Positions 62,914 to 64,000 of a stretch of 64,000 bases of DNA are shown here, piece after piece. The notes under the pieces are model-generated. The model saw only the letters and a list, made by a program, of their open reading frames with translations, was not told where the DNA came from and did no database searches. Source of the DNA: Negaprion brevirostris (lineage: Eukaryota); contig JARDVH010000001.1 in NCBI GenBank assembly GCA_030324005.1, positions 118,766,502 through 118,830,501 on the forward strand. The letters run 5' to 3'. The position numbers were made by a program, and so were the translations under genes. Positions within the stretch are counted from its first letter, which is position 1; every line of letters starts with the position of its first letter.

Positions 62914-62944
62914 GGGGGGGGTGCAGGGTAGCATGGGGCTTGGT

Positions 62945-63240
62945 TTAAGTTTATTTATTATTGTCACAAGTAGACTTACATTAACACTGCAATGAAGTTA
63001 CTGTCAAAATCCCTTAGTCGCCACTCTCTGGTGTCTGTTCAGGTACAGTGAAGGAGAATTTAGCTCAGCCAATTCACCTAACCAGCCCATCTTTTGGACT
63101 GTAGGAGGAAACTGAAGCACCCAGAGGAAACCCACAGACATGGGGAGAACTTACAAACTCCACACAGACAGTGACCCAAGCCAGGAATCAAACCCAGGTC
63201 CCTGGCTCTGTGAGGCAGCAGTGCTAACCACTGTGCCGCC
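62945..63240 (-). mobile_element. HE1-related SINE with alternative 3' tail
   Basis: tttattattgtcacaagtagacttacattaacactgcaatgaagttactg through tgtgaggcagcagtgctaaccactgtgccgcc. Confidence 0.88.
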
Positions 63241-63884
63241 CAAGGTCATTTATGACAAATGGTTATGCGATGAAACCCAGAATGTTGACCAGAGTTGGCA
63301 AACTCAACTCTCTCACCACTGGAGCTAGCAGCTCAGTACCAGATTACAAGGAGGAAGGCAGAGAAGAATGACAAATTAAACTTTTACCCACACAGTAAGA
63401 AAAAATGATAGTTTTGGGAGTCCTACCACTGCAAGGCATCTTTATTTGCCTGCAGTTGTGTTGTGCTTGTATTTATCTCAAAGGGGTATTGTTTCCTATG
63501 TTGGGAAGTTATAGCTTAATTCCAGCACAATGAACAATCTTTTCCACAAATTCTGCTTAATTGTTGTCACTCGGGACAGCTTCTGTATCAGCAGATACCA
63601 CAGGTTCATACTGTACCTATGTCTAATGTGTTTACTTCAATTTCTCTTTAAGCTGTAAACAAACATCCTTTTCTCAGCAGCAGCTGCCAATGAGACGTAA
63701 TGACACAGTCACATCATTGCACACTCTGCTTTTCACAACAACACTTCAAGTTGGTTGTCATTGTGTGCATCACAGAAAATCAACGGGTGTCCTGTTATGT
63801 ATATGGATGCAATGCTGTGAGGAGAAAAAGGAGGAGGAGGAGGGAGAGAATGGTTCCCTACAGAAGACCGTATTTTCCTACCTT

Positions 63885-64000
63885 GAATCATAGATTTACT
63901 ACAGTGCAAAAGGAGGTCATTTGGCCCATCAAGTTTGCACCAACCACAATCTCACCCAAGCCCTATCCCCATAATCCCATCCATTTACCCAGCTAGCCCT
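63885..64000 (-). mobile_element. HE1 SINE 3' end (continues beyond window)
   Basis: tacagtgcaaaaggaggtcatttggcccatcaagtttgcaccaaccacaatc...ccctatcccc. Confidence 0.85.

Noticed and set aside
904-63996. Remaining short ORFs of the six-frame track
   Set aside because: Most start at non-ATG codons, span N gaps or lie within SINEs/LINEs; none shows a recognisable host domain with splice signals.

Overview
Vertebrate genomic DNA, almost certainly a shark: it carries HE1-type SINEs, CR1 LINEs and Deu-domain SacSINE-like elements. It is a draft assembly with many N gaps. The window is essentially one very large intron. The only host coding sequence I can support is a 165-nt phase-0/0 exon at 62416-62580 (+) matching the VPS10-domain receptor SORCS2 (equivalent to human exon 4, from memory). 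The rest is unique intronic DNA plus transposon relics: HE1 SINEs and a sister SINE with a different tail, CR1, L2 and Rex1 LINE fragments, PIF/Harbinger MITEs, a two-ORF Harbinger relic, and Penelope-like short repeats. A decayed Mag-like Gypsy element (LTR-PBS-gag-PR-RT-RNaseH, 27845-30600, minus) is also present, and the ORF track largely misses it. I found no evidence of a new multi-gene system. The most unusual observations are local rearrangements: a TSD-flanked chimeric insertion carrying a copy of nearby Gypsy gag, a ~200-bp inverted duplication spanning a CR1 junction, a head-to-head MITE pair sharing target-site triplets, and inverted SINEs bracketing the symmetric SORCS2 exon. Repeat family names come from recalled consensus motifs, not database searches, and repeat boundaries are approximate unless a TSD is quoted.
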